From: Eledone cirrhosa | Taxonomy: Eukaryota | Reading direction: 5' to 3' | DNA length: 64,000 bases | Assembly (NCBI GenBank): GCA_964016885.1 | Contig: OZ024742.1 | Location: 172,422,001 to 172,486,000 of the forward strand | In this document: positions 1-10,745 of the stretch, one piece after another | Numbering within the stretch: position 1 is the first letter of the stretch | How the letters are laid out: each line of letters starts with the position of its first letter | Translations under genes and position numbers: made by a program | The notes under the pieces: model-generated | What the model was told of the DNA's origin: nothing | Database searches by the model: none | Seen by the model: only the letters and a program-made list of their open reading frames with translations

Positions 1-973
1 AAAGGTAGAATTACAGGTTGTAATATCGAACTACCGACTGTTTGACCAGAAGGATATTATTCTCTCCACCGAATGTCATATAAATCTGCTTATGAAAACA
101 GTATACAATCGCTATAATTGTAATATCCTTGGTAAATATTGCTTCATAAGCAATCGGGAATGTTCATACTGTGAATGTCAATTAACAATTCCCAATCATC
201 ACAGTTAATAATAATTTAACTTCAGTAACAACATAAAAAATAACTTGAAAATATATATTATATATTTTTGTATGTGTAACAATTATGATTTTCACGACAA
301 ATCAGAAATATAAGTTACGAATAATAAAGAAATTAAAGTGTTTATTTACATCATATACTGCGTGGTGTTCGAAAGAATGTTGATCTGCCCTTCAGCAGGA
401 AACTTAACTATACATACGTCTTACAGACGTTGAAACATTGTGAAGTAATCGTTATTTAATGAATAAATACATTTCTATCGAATCCATTCCTATACGACGT
501 TACATTATTGTTGTGCATTGAAATGTTTTTGTCTTATCTTTAATTCGATATGTCGGTCAGATGTTTGCTGTGTATTACACTGTGAATTTAATTCTTTGAA
601 ACAACAAGCGAAGTAAATTGTTATCACTCAACGTTGTAACAATTCTTTCTGTACATTGATTTTCTTCGGCTCTTTGATCTGAAATCTTTCAGTGAAATGT
701 TCTTAGAATCTTACACACCTAAACGTTTACACGTTCAACAATTCTAATATCAATTGAAGACAGATGACATTTTGTACGGACCTGATAAGATTATATAACA
801 ATGGCGATTCTTAAATGTATAAACAAATATTAATAGTGACACCACCAAACGTTATGCGTCAATTCAAATTCATACAATGTATACATAAAACATAAAGGCA
901 AAATTTAATTAGGCATATGCATTCAGTAAATCTCACTATGTCAGGGGATTCATTTGTTATTTTTAGTTTGCAG

Positions 974-1004
<31 letters not shown>

Positions 1005-1005
1005 G

Positions 1006-1097
<92 letters not shown>
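974..1097. repeat. (ACT)n-(AAT)n compound microsatellite; tail/target of Tx1 copy 1
   Basis: Read directly; abuts the Tx1 3' end (minus strand AATAAAGCAAGC then (ATT)n). Confidence 0.97.
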
Positions 1098-4000
1098 CTT
1101 GCTTTATTAATCACAAGGGTCTACATAAAGTAGACATTAAGGACAGTACAGGACAATACAGGGCGGTACAAAAGGGCATTTCTGCGTGTAAAAAACACGA
1201 AACAGAGGATGTAATAATAGAACAATGAAAAAAATTCCCCAATGGGGGGGAGAATTCTGAGGGACGTACGTTGAGAAAGCCCATTAAAAAGCCACAGTGA
1301 CCCTGACCACCAGGGCAAGTGACTTCTCCCAGTTTTCCACCTTTAATTTACAGACACATACTTAGAGTAGGCCCATTCACTCGGGCCATTCTTGCCTCTC
1401 TCACCCATCTTTCAACAAAATGCTGGGAAGAGAGCACTTCCCTTTCTACCCTGATTTTCCTTTTCAAATGAAATTTGAAAAAGTTAATCAGGGCATCACC
1501 GAAGAGGTAAGTGCTCGTCTTCAGCCCTTTCAAACGTGTCAACCATACTATCTCTTTCGCCATGGCCACCAGACAAATAAAAACTGCCTGCCCTTCCCGG
1601 CTAAAGGAAGAGAGCGGGGCAATCCTCACGATGGACTCAGCTGATAGCCGGATCCGTCCTACACGCGACAGCAGGTGTTCGACATAAACCCACAAGTCAG
1701 CAATGCTCGGGCACTGGACGAGTGCGTGCAGGACGGTTTCGTCGCCCTGCGCGCTCTCGGACATGCCCGGCTGACGGCACCTCCATGCCTGTACAGTTTA
1801 TCCCGAACTGGCAAAGCTCCTCGGTAGCGTTGCCAGGCCAGGGATTTCTGGAAGTTGTCCATAGGCCCCGGCCCGAAAGTTCTTCCGAAGAGATTGGCTA
1901 GTTGATTTTGGTCGACGCCTAAATTTTCCCCAAGTACGTCGTCGCTCTTCCCCTCCACTAATCCTCTATAGAACGCCAAGGTGGAGTTTCCACCGATCAC
2001 ATTGCCCGATTGGTCGAGGGCTGTGTGCGCCTGAAAACATTCCAGTCTCCAAGCGCTCCCTCTCGGTCTTCGCTTGACCCAGGACTGCAACTCTGTCAAG
2101 GAGACGAGCTGGGGAAAGACGCGTCTAGCAAACGGGGACCACACCTGATCATCGTCGAGGAAGAGGTGGAGATGTCGTAGCCTGAGCGGGTGTCTGCGCA
2201 TCATCAGCCACGGCAATCCCAGCCCTCCACGTTGCGGGTGTTGACAGCAGATGGACCGCCTGACCATCGGAGCGCGTCCCTTCCACAAAAAGCGAAAGAG
2301 CAAACGCTCCAGCGCAGTCAAGCGGGGCTTAGGACAAGGTACGAGGGTCAGGCGGTAGTAGATGACGGACGCGATATACGCGTGAGCCCCCTCCGCTCGA
2401 CCTTTCAGGGATAGCTTCCTCTCTGCCCATTTCTGGGTGAGAGAAGCCACCCTGCTCGTCACCTCGTCCCAGTTTTTGTCCGTCTGGAGATCCGGCCCGA
2501 ACCAGACCCCGAGCAATTTAACTGGTCCGTCCGTCCAGTCTTTGGGGAATTTTTGTGTTAGTGTCGTGTATGTTTTCTGTGTGATGCGAGTGATTTGTAT
2601 GTGTGGAGGTGGTGTGAACTTTTGTGCTGTTGTGTAGTCTTTTTCTGTGATGCTGGTGTTGTGTTGCATGTAGTGTAATAATTGGTTGTTGTTCAAATTT
2701 AATGCTGTGTAGTGTGGATCGTTTTGGTTGTTTTGTTTTGTTTGCGTTTGTTGTGGGTTTGTTTCTGTTATGCTTTTTGGTGACTTTTGTGGTGTTGGTG
2801 ATGGTGGTGTTGGGGTGAATGATGGTGATGGTGTTGGTGTTTGTGGTGATGGGGTTGGTGATGCTGGTGTGGATGGTGGCGTATCTGTCTTAACTTTCTT
2901 GTTCGATAATTTATTTCTTTTCCACTGTATTTTGTTTTTTGAGGGGGAAGGAAGAGAATTTTTTTCTTTTTTGGTTTCTTTTTTTTTTCTTTTTTCCTGA
3001 TACCGTTTCCCACTCCTCGTCGTCACAATCTGTCTCCAGTTGCGATAAGCGGGCGAGTGGAAAATCCTCCACAGGCGTTGCTTTTTGTTGTGGCGTGGTG
3101 GATGGTGTATGCGCTGGTGCTAGTTCTGGGGCGTTGGGTGGTGGTGGTGTTGGTTTTGCTACTGTTGCTGGGGTTGTTGCTGTTACAGTTGCTTCTGTTG
3201 TTGCTGCTACATTTGTTGCTACTATTTCTGCTGCTGGTGGTGTTGATGGTTGAGTCACTGCGGTGGGTAAGAGAGGTGGCCTCGACCTTTTAGCGTGAAG
3301 GCAGAAAGCCCTTAGGTGGGTTCCTTCACCACAAACGACACAAGTAGGTCTTCTGCCCTCGACTATTACGGTGAGGTGGCTGCCGTCAGTGACGTCTATT
3401 ACCTCTGGGATCTCCTCAATGCTTGTATAGTCCGCTTGGATCAGGAGCTCCATCCCAGATCCGGACCAGTTCTCCTGCTTTTCTTTTGCTATTTCTATTA
3501 TTTTGGTGTTGGCCTCGATGCCGGCGAGGGCGGCAGCCATTAGCCAGGGAATTTCGATGGCCGGTGGAACGTGGTTCACCCTGATCTTCACAAGTCTCTG
3601 GCCACAATAGCTTGGTATGAGTCTGAAGTCGTCACTTCTTAATGGAGCCATGGAGTGTTCTCTGGCCTCCTGTGGTGTTTCAAAGAACACGTCCACGGTT
3701 CCATACTTCTGCCCACGTCTGATGTGGTTTTTTTGCCCACACATGTCCCAAAGCTTTTTGGATTTGGGACTCAGATGCCCGTTCCACTCGGCGCGATTCT
3801 ATGTTTATTGTCCGATAAGATACGGTGCATAGGCGACGTTGCTCCATTTTATTAGGTGTGACGGGTGGGGGTGAGGCTGACCCTGTACCCATCTTTCTTT
3901 ACCATTCCTTTGGCTTCGACTAATTCTTCCTGAGTTACCTGGATCGCTTCGCACGTTTTTGCTACTCTTTCAAAACTCAGGGTAGTTTTCTTAATTTCAT

Positions 4001-4572
4001 TGTTGCTGTTGTTATTATCGTTATTTTTGCTATTGTTAATTTTAGTTTCAGTTGTGGTGGTGGTGGCGTCAGTGGTGTTCGGTGTGGAAGAGTTCATTTT
4101 GGTTGAATTCATTTCGATATCATGCGTTAATTTATTTTTTTCTTTTGTTTCTGTTGTCGCTGTGGTGGTGGTGGTGGTGGCGGCTTTAACACCTGAAGTC
4201 ATTGGTAATGGTGGGAAATGAACGTCAGCCTGAGACAAATTTAAAATATTGCTACTGCTTACAATTCCAGTGTTGGCAAACGTAGCAATGTTTACAATGG
4301 TGGTGTCGGTGTGTGGTGTTGGATTGTGAGGAAGGAGTGAATCTGAGTCATCCATTATTTTTCAAAGAAAACATTTTTTGTTTCATAATTATAAAAAGTT
4401 TAAATTTTAGGCTCAAGGCCCCAATATTTTTGAGTGTCCTTTTCAGAAATCAATGTATGTGCACTTATATATAGTTAATAATAATTTTCCATAAATGGCA
4501 ATGTTAAATAACTGAAAACAACAAACCGTTGCTGAGCTCACGATGATACGATTTACTACGTAGATCGCCAAT
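1098..4572 (-). mobile_element. Tx1-clade non-LTR retrotransposon copy 1, chimeric or internally deleted (frameshifted ORF1 joined to the distal part of ORF2)
   Basis: ORF1 pieces 3852-4355, 2911-3744 (CVVCGEGTHLRAFC zinc knuckle) and 2538-3026. At ~2538 the frame runs into ORF2 residues WTDGPVKLLGVWFG, which match copy 2. The 3'UTR nearly matches copy 2. Flanked by (AAT)n on both sides. Confidence 0.9.
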
Positions 4573-4573
4573 G

Positions 4574-4638
<65 letters not shown>
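4574..4638. repeat. (AAT)n between Tx1 copies 1 and 2
   Basis: Read directly. Confidence 0.97.
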
Positions 4639-4640
<2 letters not shown>

Positions 4641-4900
4641 TTTCTTTATTAACCACAAGGGTTTACATAAAGTAGACATTAAGGACAGTGCAGGACAATG
4701 CAGGACGGTACAAATGGGCATTTCTGCGTGTAAAAAAACAAAAACAGAGGATGTAACAAAAATAACAATGAAAATAACAATGAAAAATTCCCCAATAGGG
4801 GGGAGACTTCGGAGGGACATTTGTGGAGAAAGCCCAGTAAAAAGCCACAATGACCCTGACCACCAAGGCAAGTGCCCTCTCCCAGTTTTCCACCTTTAGT

Positions 4901-7900
4901 TTACAGATATATACTCAGAGTCGGCCCATTCACTCGGGCCATTCTTGCTTCTCTCACCCATCTTTCAACAAAATGCTGGCAAGAGAGCACTTCCTTCTCT
5001 ACTCTGATTTTCCTTTTCAAATGAAATTTGAAAAAGTCAATCAGAGCATCACCGAAGAGGTAAGTGCTCGTCTTCAGCCCTTTCAAACGTGTCCACCATA
5101 CTATCTCTTTCGCCATGGCCACCAGACAGATAAAAACTGCCTGCCCTTCCCGGCTAAAGGAGGAGGGCGGGGCAATCCTCACGATAGACTCAGATGATAG
5201 CTGGATCCGTCCTAAACGCGACAGCAGGTGTTCGACATAAACCCACAAGTCAGCAATTTTCGGACACTGGACGAGTGCGTGCAGGACGGTTTCGTCGCCC
5301 TGCGCGCATCTCGGACATGCCCGGCTGACGGCACCTCCATGCCTGTAGAGTTTATCCCGAACTGGCAAGGCTCCTAGGTAGCACTGCCAGGCCAGAGATT
5401 TCTGGAAGTTGTCCATAGGCCCCGGCCCGAAAGTTCTTCCGAAGAGATTGGCTAGTTGATTTTCGTCGACGCCTAGAGTTTCCCCAAGTACGTCGTCGCT
5501 CTTCCCCTCCACTAATCCTCTATAGAACGCCGAGGTGGAGTTTCCACCGATCACATTGCCCGATTGGTCGAGGGCTGTGAGCGCCTGAAGACATTCCAGT
5601 CTCCAGGCGCTCCCTCCCGGTCTTCGCTTGACCCAGGACTGCAGCTCCGTCAAGGAAACGAGCTGGGGAAAAACGCGTCTAGCAAACGGCGACCACACCT
5701 GATCACCGTCGAGGAAGAGGTGGAGATGTCGTAGCCTGAGCGCGTGCCTGCGCATCATCAGCCACGGCATGCCCAGCCCTCCACGTAGCGGGTGTTGACA
5801 ACAGATGGACCGCCTGACCATCGGAGCACGTCCCTTCCACAAAAAGCGAAAGAGCAAACGCTCCAGCGCAGTCAGGCGAGGCTTAGGACAAGGTACGACG
5901 GTTAGGCGGTAGCAGATGACAGACGCGATGTACGCGTTAGCCACCTCCGCTCGACCTTTCAGGGATAGCTTCCTCTCCGCCCATTTCTGGGTGAGAGAAG
6001 CCACCCTGCTCGTCACCTCGTCCCAGTTTTTGTCCGTCTGGAGGTCCGGACCGAACCAGACCCCTAGCAATTTAACCGGTCCGTCCGTCCAGCGCCCGAC
6101 GACGCTGTTGGACGGCATGGACCTGCCTCTCCAGGTGCCGAGCTGCAGGCCCACTGACTTTTCCTGGTTGATCATTGCTCCTGTCACCGCTTCGTATTCT
6201 CTTAGTGTAGTGCCGATCGCCTCGATGTGTTTGGCGTTCGACACCACTACGGTGACATCGTCCGCATATGCTGACACGGATCTTCCGCATCCTAGTTCGC
6301 GCGGGACTCCCCTCAACGTCTCCAGTTTGTGCAGTAATGGCTCGAGAGTCAATACGTACAAGAGGGACGAGAGGGGACATCCTTGGCGGACCGAGCGCAT
6401 GATGTTGAACGGTTCCGACAGGTGACCGTTCACTCTCACCACAGAGCAGATGTCGCTGTGCATGGCAGCGATCCAGCCTCTGAAGACGGGCCCAAAGCCA
6501 GCCGCCCTCAGGACTGCCGCTAGGTAACGATGGTCGACCCTATCGAAAGCTTTCGACTGATCTAAATTGATCAAGGACCCACCCGTGCCAGGTTCCCTAG
6601 CTACCCTCTCTACGATGTATCGCATGAGGTGGAGGTTGTCGTGGATGGATCTGTCGGGAATGGCGCATGTCTGCGCCTCTCCCACCAGACCACCAACGAC
6701 AAGCGCCAACCTCTTTGCTAGCACCTTGGCCAAAATCTTAAACTCTGTGTTTAGCAGAGTTATGGGCCGGAAATTGTCTATGTTATCCCCCTTGTTCGGA
6801 TCCTTTCTCAGCAGTGCCACCGCTCCTCGGCTCACAGAACTGGGAATTCTCCCGTTCTGTTGCCAGTTGCAGTAGACGTCCGCCAAGAGGCCTCCGAACA
6901 AATCTGGCATCTGTACGTAAAGTTCATAGGGCAGACCATCCAAACCAGGCGATTTACCCCTTGTGCAGCCAGTCATTGCCTCCCTTACTTCAGCGGCTGT
7001 TATCGGCTTTTCGCAACACCTCGCCTCAGTGGCCGAGAGCCGCGGCAGTCCGTCGAGGTAGACACTAAAGTCCATCCCTCTACCCGGCCCCCCGCTGCCC
7101 CCGAACAGCTGAGCGAAGTGTCGCTGAAAAGCTTCACACATTTGCCCGGGATCGAGTAGCATGCGCCCGTCGTGGTCCACCAAAGACCGGATCGTCGCTT
7201 TGTTGCCACGACGCGCCTCCGCCACTCGGGCCCATTGAACGGCTTTCGTCCCCTCGTGTCTGAGAGCACGCACCCTAGCTCTGACAACGCAGCCTTCGTG
7301 CTTTGCATTGAAGAATTGGTCAAGGGCCAATTTCGCCGCAAGCACGTCGGTCGCAATGCCTTTGCTAAGCGCCTCGTCTAATTTTCTAACTAGTTCTCCC
7401 TCTGCTCTATTTTTCTCTATTGCTAAAGCCTTACTAAACCTAATCGATTCTATTCTAATCGCTCTTTTCAGAGCAAACCACCACTTGTTGTTGACGATGG
7501 CTCCCGTCAACGCCCGCTTAACTAGTTCGCTAATCCGGTCTCTGTAGGCCTTGCGCGCTGGTAAGGACGCGTTTAGCTTCCAGTAGTCGGGTCCTCGTCT
7601 ATGAAGCCTATCTAAGTCAAGCACACAGGTCACGAATTTGTGGTCCGTGTAGCTGACTATCTTGAATTGTGGACAGCCTATGCTAGACCTATCTATTTCC
7701 CTACAAAATACTCTATCTAGATATGATCTGGATGACCCTATGCGGTTTGTCCAAGTCCACATTGGCACATTCGGGAAATCCAATCGGTACCTGTCAGACA
7801 GTTCAAAACGCCTGAGCAGGTTGGTGAGGCTCTTGCACCCTCCACCCCTATCCGCTAATCCCACACAGTCCCAGCGTGCATCTAAGATCCCGTTCCAGTC

Positions 7901-8320
7901 GCCCACTAACACTAAAGAGCGGGACGTTCCAAGAAAGGTCTCCAGACGCCGGAAGAAATCAGGCCGCCCTGCTCCTGTCGGGGCATAGACGGCCACTAGC
8001 CTGAAAGCTTGCCCGTCTCCGCTGGTCACGTCCAGCACCACCAGCTTACCCTCTGGGTCCAGGAAGATGGCCCGTATGGCGAGATCCAAACCTCTCCGAA
8101 AAAGCACAGCAACTCCTCCACCCGATCCAGGACGGCTGGGAGATGCGTACACATCGTAGCCGCCGAAGATCGGTGCGAAGGCCCGTGCTTCGGAGATTCT
8201 GGTCTCGCTGATGGCCACTACATCTATGTTTAGTGACCTGAGGTCGTTGAGCAGGTGACCCTGCTTCCATGACGACCCCAAGCCACGCGCATTTATGCTG
8301 CCTATTCTGAGTGAGGTCAT
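4901..8320 (-). CDS. Tx1 ORF2 (1139 aa): APE endonuclease + reverse transcriptase + C-terminal CCHC finger
   Basis: APE motifs SINARGL, ISETR, GGGVAVL, VYAP, GDWN, YLDRV, TDH. RT motifs KSPGLDGLP, FRPITLLN, DQSKAFDRV, RQGCPLS, YADD. C-terminal CPRC...ETVLHALVQC. No stops. Confidence 0.95.
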   Translation of the reverse strand: MTSLRIGSINARGLGSSWKQGHLLNDLRSLNIDVVAISETRISEARAFAPIFGGYDVYASPSRPGSGGGVAVLFRRGLDLAIRAIFLDPEGKLVVLDVTSGDGQAFRLVAVYAPTGAGRPDFFRRLETFLGTSRSLVLVGDWNGILDARWDCVGLADRGGGCKSLTNLLRRFELSDRYRLDFPNVPMWTWTNRIGSSRSYLDRVFCREIDRSSIGCPQFKIVSYTDHKFVTCVLDLDRLHRRGPDYWKLNASLPARKAYRDRISELVKRALTGAIVNNKWWFALKRAIRIESIRFSKALAIEKNRAEGELVRKLDEALSKGIATDVLAAKLALDQFFNAKHEGCVVRARVRALRHEGTKAVQWARVAEARRGNKATIRSLVDHDGRMLLDPGQMCEAFQRHFAQLFGGSGGPGRGMDFSVYLDGLPRLSATEARCCEKPITAAEVREAMTGCTRGKSPGLDGLPYELYVQMPDLFGGLLADVYCNWQQNGRIPSSVSRGAVALLRKDPNKGDNIDNFRPITLLNTEFKILAKVLAKRLALVVGGLVGEAQTCAIPDRSIHDNLHLMRYIVERVAREPGTGGSLINLDQSKAFDRVDHRYLAAVLRAAGFGPVFRGWIAAMHSDICSVVRVNGHLSEPFNIMRSVRQGCPLSSLLYVLTLEPLLHKLETLRGVPRELGCGRSVSAYADDVTVVVSNAKHIEAIGTTLREYEAVTGAMINQEKSVGLQLGTWRGRSMPSNSVVGRWTDGPVKLLGVWFGPDLQTDKNWDEVTSRVASLTQKWAERKLSLKGRAEVANAYIASVICYRLTVVPCPKPRLTALERLLFRFLWKGRAPMVRRSICCQHPLRGGLGMPWLMMRRHALRLRHLHLFLDGDQVWSPFARRVFPQLVSLTELQSWVKRRPGGSAWRLECLQALTALDQSGNVIGGNSTSAFYRGLVEGKSDDVLGETLGVDENQLANLFGRTFGPGPMDNFQKSLAWQCYLGALPVRDKLYRHGGAVSRACPRCAQGDETVLHALVQCPKIADLWVYVEHLLSRLGRIQLSSESIVRIAPPSSFSREGQAVFICLVAMAKEIVWWTRLKGLKTSTYLFGDALIDFFKFHLKRKIRVEKEVLSCQHFVERWVREARMARVNGPTLSIYL

Positions 8321-8355
8321 GTTTAAAATAGAGTGGAAAAGATGGGAAAGACCAC

Positions 8356-10451
8356 TTACCGTACTTTTGGTAGAGGAGGGATGGTTTTTACATCCCTTTT
8401 CACTTGATGGTCTGGTGAAGGGACCGTTGAATCGTCCCTTCGGCTGGTCGTCGGCTCTTCTAAGAGAATGTCTGAGTATACTCTTCGATTGATGGTTCCT
8501 CCTAGGTCCCTGAAATCACCAACTGCGTTGGGGAATTTCGTTTTAATATTTGTGTATTGTTTCTGTGCTATTTTTAGCAGTCTTATGTTAGTTGGCGTTT
8601 TGATTGGTGCTGGTATTATGTAGTCCTGTTGTGAAATGTCTGTGTGTTCAATTATGTAAGTCATTAGTTTCTTGTTGTGTGTATTTATTGCCGTGCATTT
8701 GTTTTTCTGGGGGTGGGGTGTGGTTCTGCTATTTTCTTGTCGTTGTTGCTGGGTGTGTGTGTTTTGTTGTTGTGTTTGCGATGTTGGTGCTTGTGGTGGT
8801 GGTGTTGAAGGTGTTGTTGGCGGTGGGGTTGTCGCCGGTGGTGATGGTGGCGCTAGTGTGGGTGGTGATGGTGTTGGTGTTGTTGCTGCTGTGGGTCTCT
8901 TTGCAGTAGACTTTACCCTTTTCTCATTTCTTTCCTCCCTTTTCAAAGGCGACGATGCGCTGCTTTTGCGTTTGTGTCTTCTTACGACCTTTTGCCATCT
9001 CTCTCCCACCTCACACTCCATGTCTGATTCTGTGAGGTCGGGGAGGGGTACCAACTCCACTCTTTCACTTGTTGTTGTTGGTGATGTTTGCACTGGAGTC
9101 TCTGTTGCAGCTGCATTTGGTATTTCTGTTGTTGTTGTTAGTATTTCCACTGCTGCTGCTGTTTTTGATTTCCGTGGAGTGGGTATGGGTGCCACGGGCC
9201 TATCGTTCCTGGTTGCCGCTTCTCCTGTTGCTGGTAGCCGTGGACCGGATTCGGAAGGAGGGGGGTTTTCTCCTTTCTCAGGGTCTTCTCGTTGCAGAAG
9301 GCCCTGAGGTGGGTCTTCGATCCACAGCGAAAGCATTTCGGGCGTTTGCCCTCAACACTTATGGGCAGTTGAGTGCCGTTATCGAAGTCTATCACATCCG
9401 GGATAGCTTCGATGCACTCCTGGTTGGTTTGGATTAGCATCTCAATGGAGGAGCCGACCCAATCTTCTCTTACTTTTTTCTGTACTTGCAGTACAGTTGT
9501 TTTGTCCTCGATTCCGACGAGGACAGACGCGGCCAGCCAAGAAGGGGTCATTCCGGGGGGGACGTGGGTCAGTTTGACCCTCACAATTTTTTGCCCACAG
9601 TAGGAGGGCACCAACACCATTTCCTCGCTCCTTAGGGTCACTACTGATTGGGCCTTTGCCTCCTGGGGTGTGGCAAAAAGTACGTCTACGGTGGCATATT
9701 TTTTGCCTCGGGTGATGTGCGTTTTCCGCTGCCACACAGACCCTAAGGCTTTTTGTATTTGGGCCTCTGTGGCTCTTTCCACCCTACGGGATTTTGTACT
9801 TACTGTACGGTACGTGACCGTACAGTGCTCTTGGGTTTCGAAAAAATGTTTCGCTGCCTTGCAGATTGCTCGGTGTCCGTTCTTTGTCACCATCTTCTTC
9901 GCTTCCTCTAATTCCTCATTTGTTATGAGGATTGTTTCCAAGTTTTTCGCAATACCTGCAAATGAGATTGGTTTTTCTCTGCTGTTGTTGTTGTCGTCAG
10001 AGCTGCTGGTACTTTTGTTGTTGCTGCAGGTACTACGACTACTGCCTCCGCCGCTGTTGCTGTGGTTGTTGTTGGTGTTGCTGCTGCTAATGCTGTTGTT
10101 GTTTATGCTGCTGGTGATGCTGTTGCGGCTGCTACTGTTGTTTTCATTGTCACTGTTGCTGTTGTTATTACGGCTGCTACTGCTATTATTCCTGACGTCA
10201 GACGAATGAACTGGGTTTTCGTATTTCCCGCACACCTGTTTCGTCGCTGTCGTTGTCGTCGTGGAGAAACTTTGCACGCTTTGCACGAGACTTTTCTTTT
10301 CTTTCGTCGCTTGCGAAAGAGAAGGGAGGGAGAGAGACACATTTAAAGAAGGGAGGGAGAGAGACAATCTTCTCTCTGCTGTAGTGATGATTGAGGAAGA
10401 AGAAGACGGAATGAGTGGGAGTGACGTATGAAATTTCTTTTTCGTAGCCAT
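8356..10451 (-). pseudogene. Tx1 ORF1 (gag-like, CCHC knuckle, low-complexity S/N/T/P/Q tracts) with one frameshift near 9247
   Basis: CFRCGSKTHLRAFC knuckle in ORF 9138-10451; continues in frame 8356-9336. Copy 3 reads PLLPIPGP across the same site, implying a 1-nt deletion here. Confidence 0.85.
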
Positions 10452-10665
10452 GTTGTTTTTTGTTTAAAATGAATATTGGGTACAAAACCCCAATAACTGG
10501 TTATTTAACCCCGAAGGGCCAAATAACGGACAGAAAGACCCCTCTCACGAGGAGGAGGGTGTCTTTATCAACAATTTGGTTCAAGTTTTAAACAATTTAC
10601 AATTGTTTTAACGGTTAAAAATTACTATACCTTACAGAGCCGAGCCTCCGTCAACCATGGCATTC

Positions 10666-10718
<53 letters not shown>

Positions 10719-10745
10719 GAAGAAGAAGAAGAAGAAGAAGAAGAA
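10666..10745. repeat. (AAT)n-(AAG)n microsatellite between head-to-head Tx1 and Dong elements
   Basis: Read directly. Confidence 0.97.

Larger units (their letters stand above)
4639..10665 (-). mobile_element. Tx1-clade LINE copy 2, apparently full length (~6 kb)
   Basis: 5'UTR, ORF1, 35-nt spacer, intact ORF2, and 3'UTR with AATAAA followed by (ATT)n; (AAT)n on both flanks. Confidence 0.93.

Noticed and set aside
9138-9336. Programmed frameshift in Tx1 ORF1
   Set aside because: Copy 3 reads through the homologous site in one frame, so a 1-nt deletion or sequencing error suffices.
5916-10346. Antisense ORFs over Tx1 (for example 5916-6425, 8672-9307, 9670-10209)
   Set aside because: Shadow frames of GC-rich or low-complexity coding DNA with no independent motifs.
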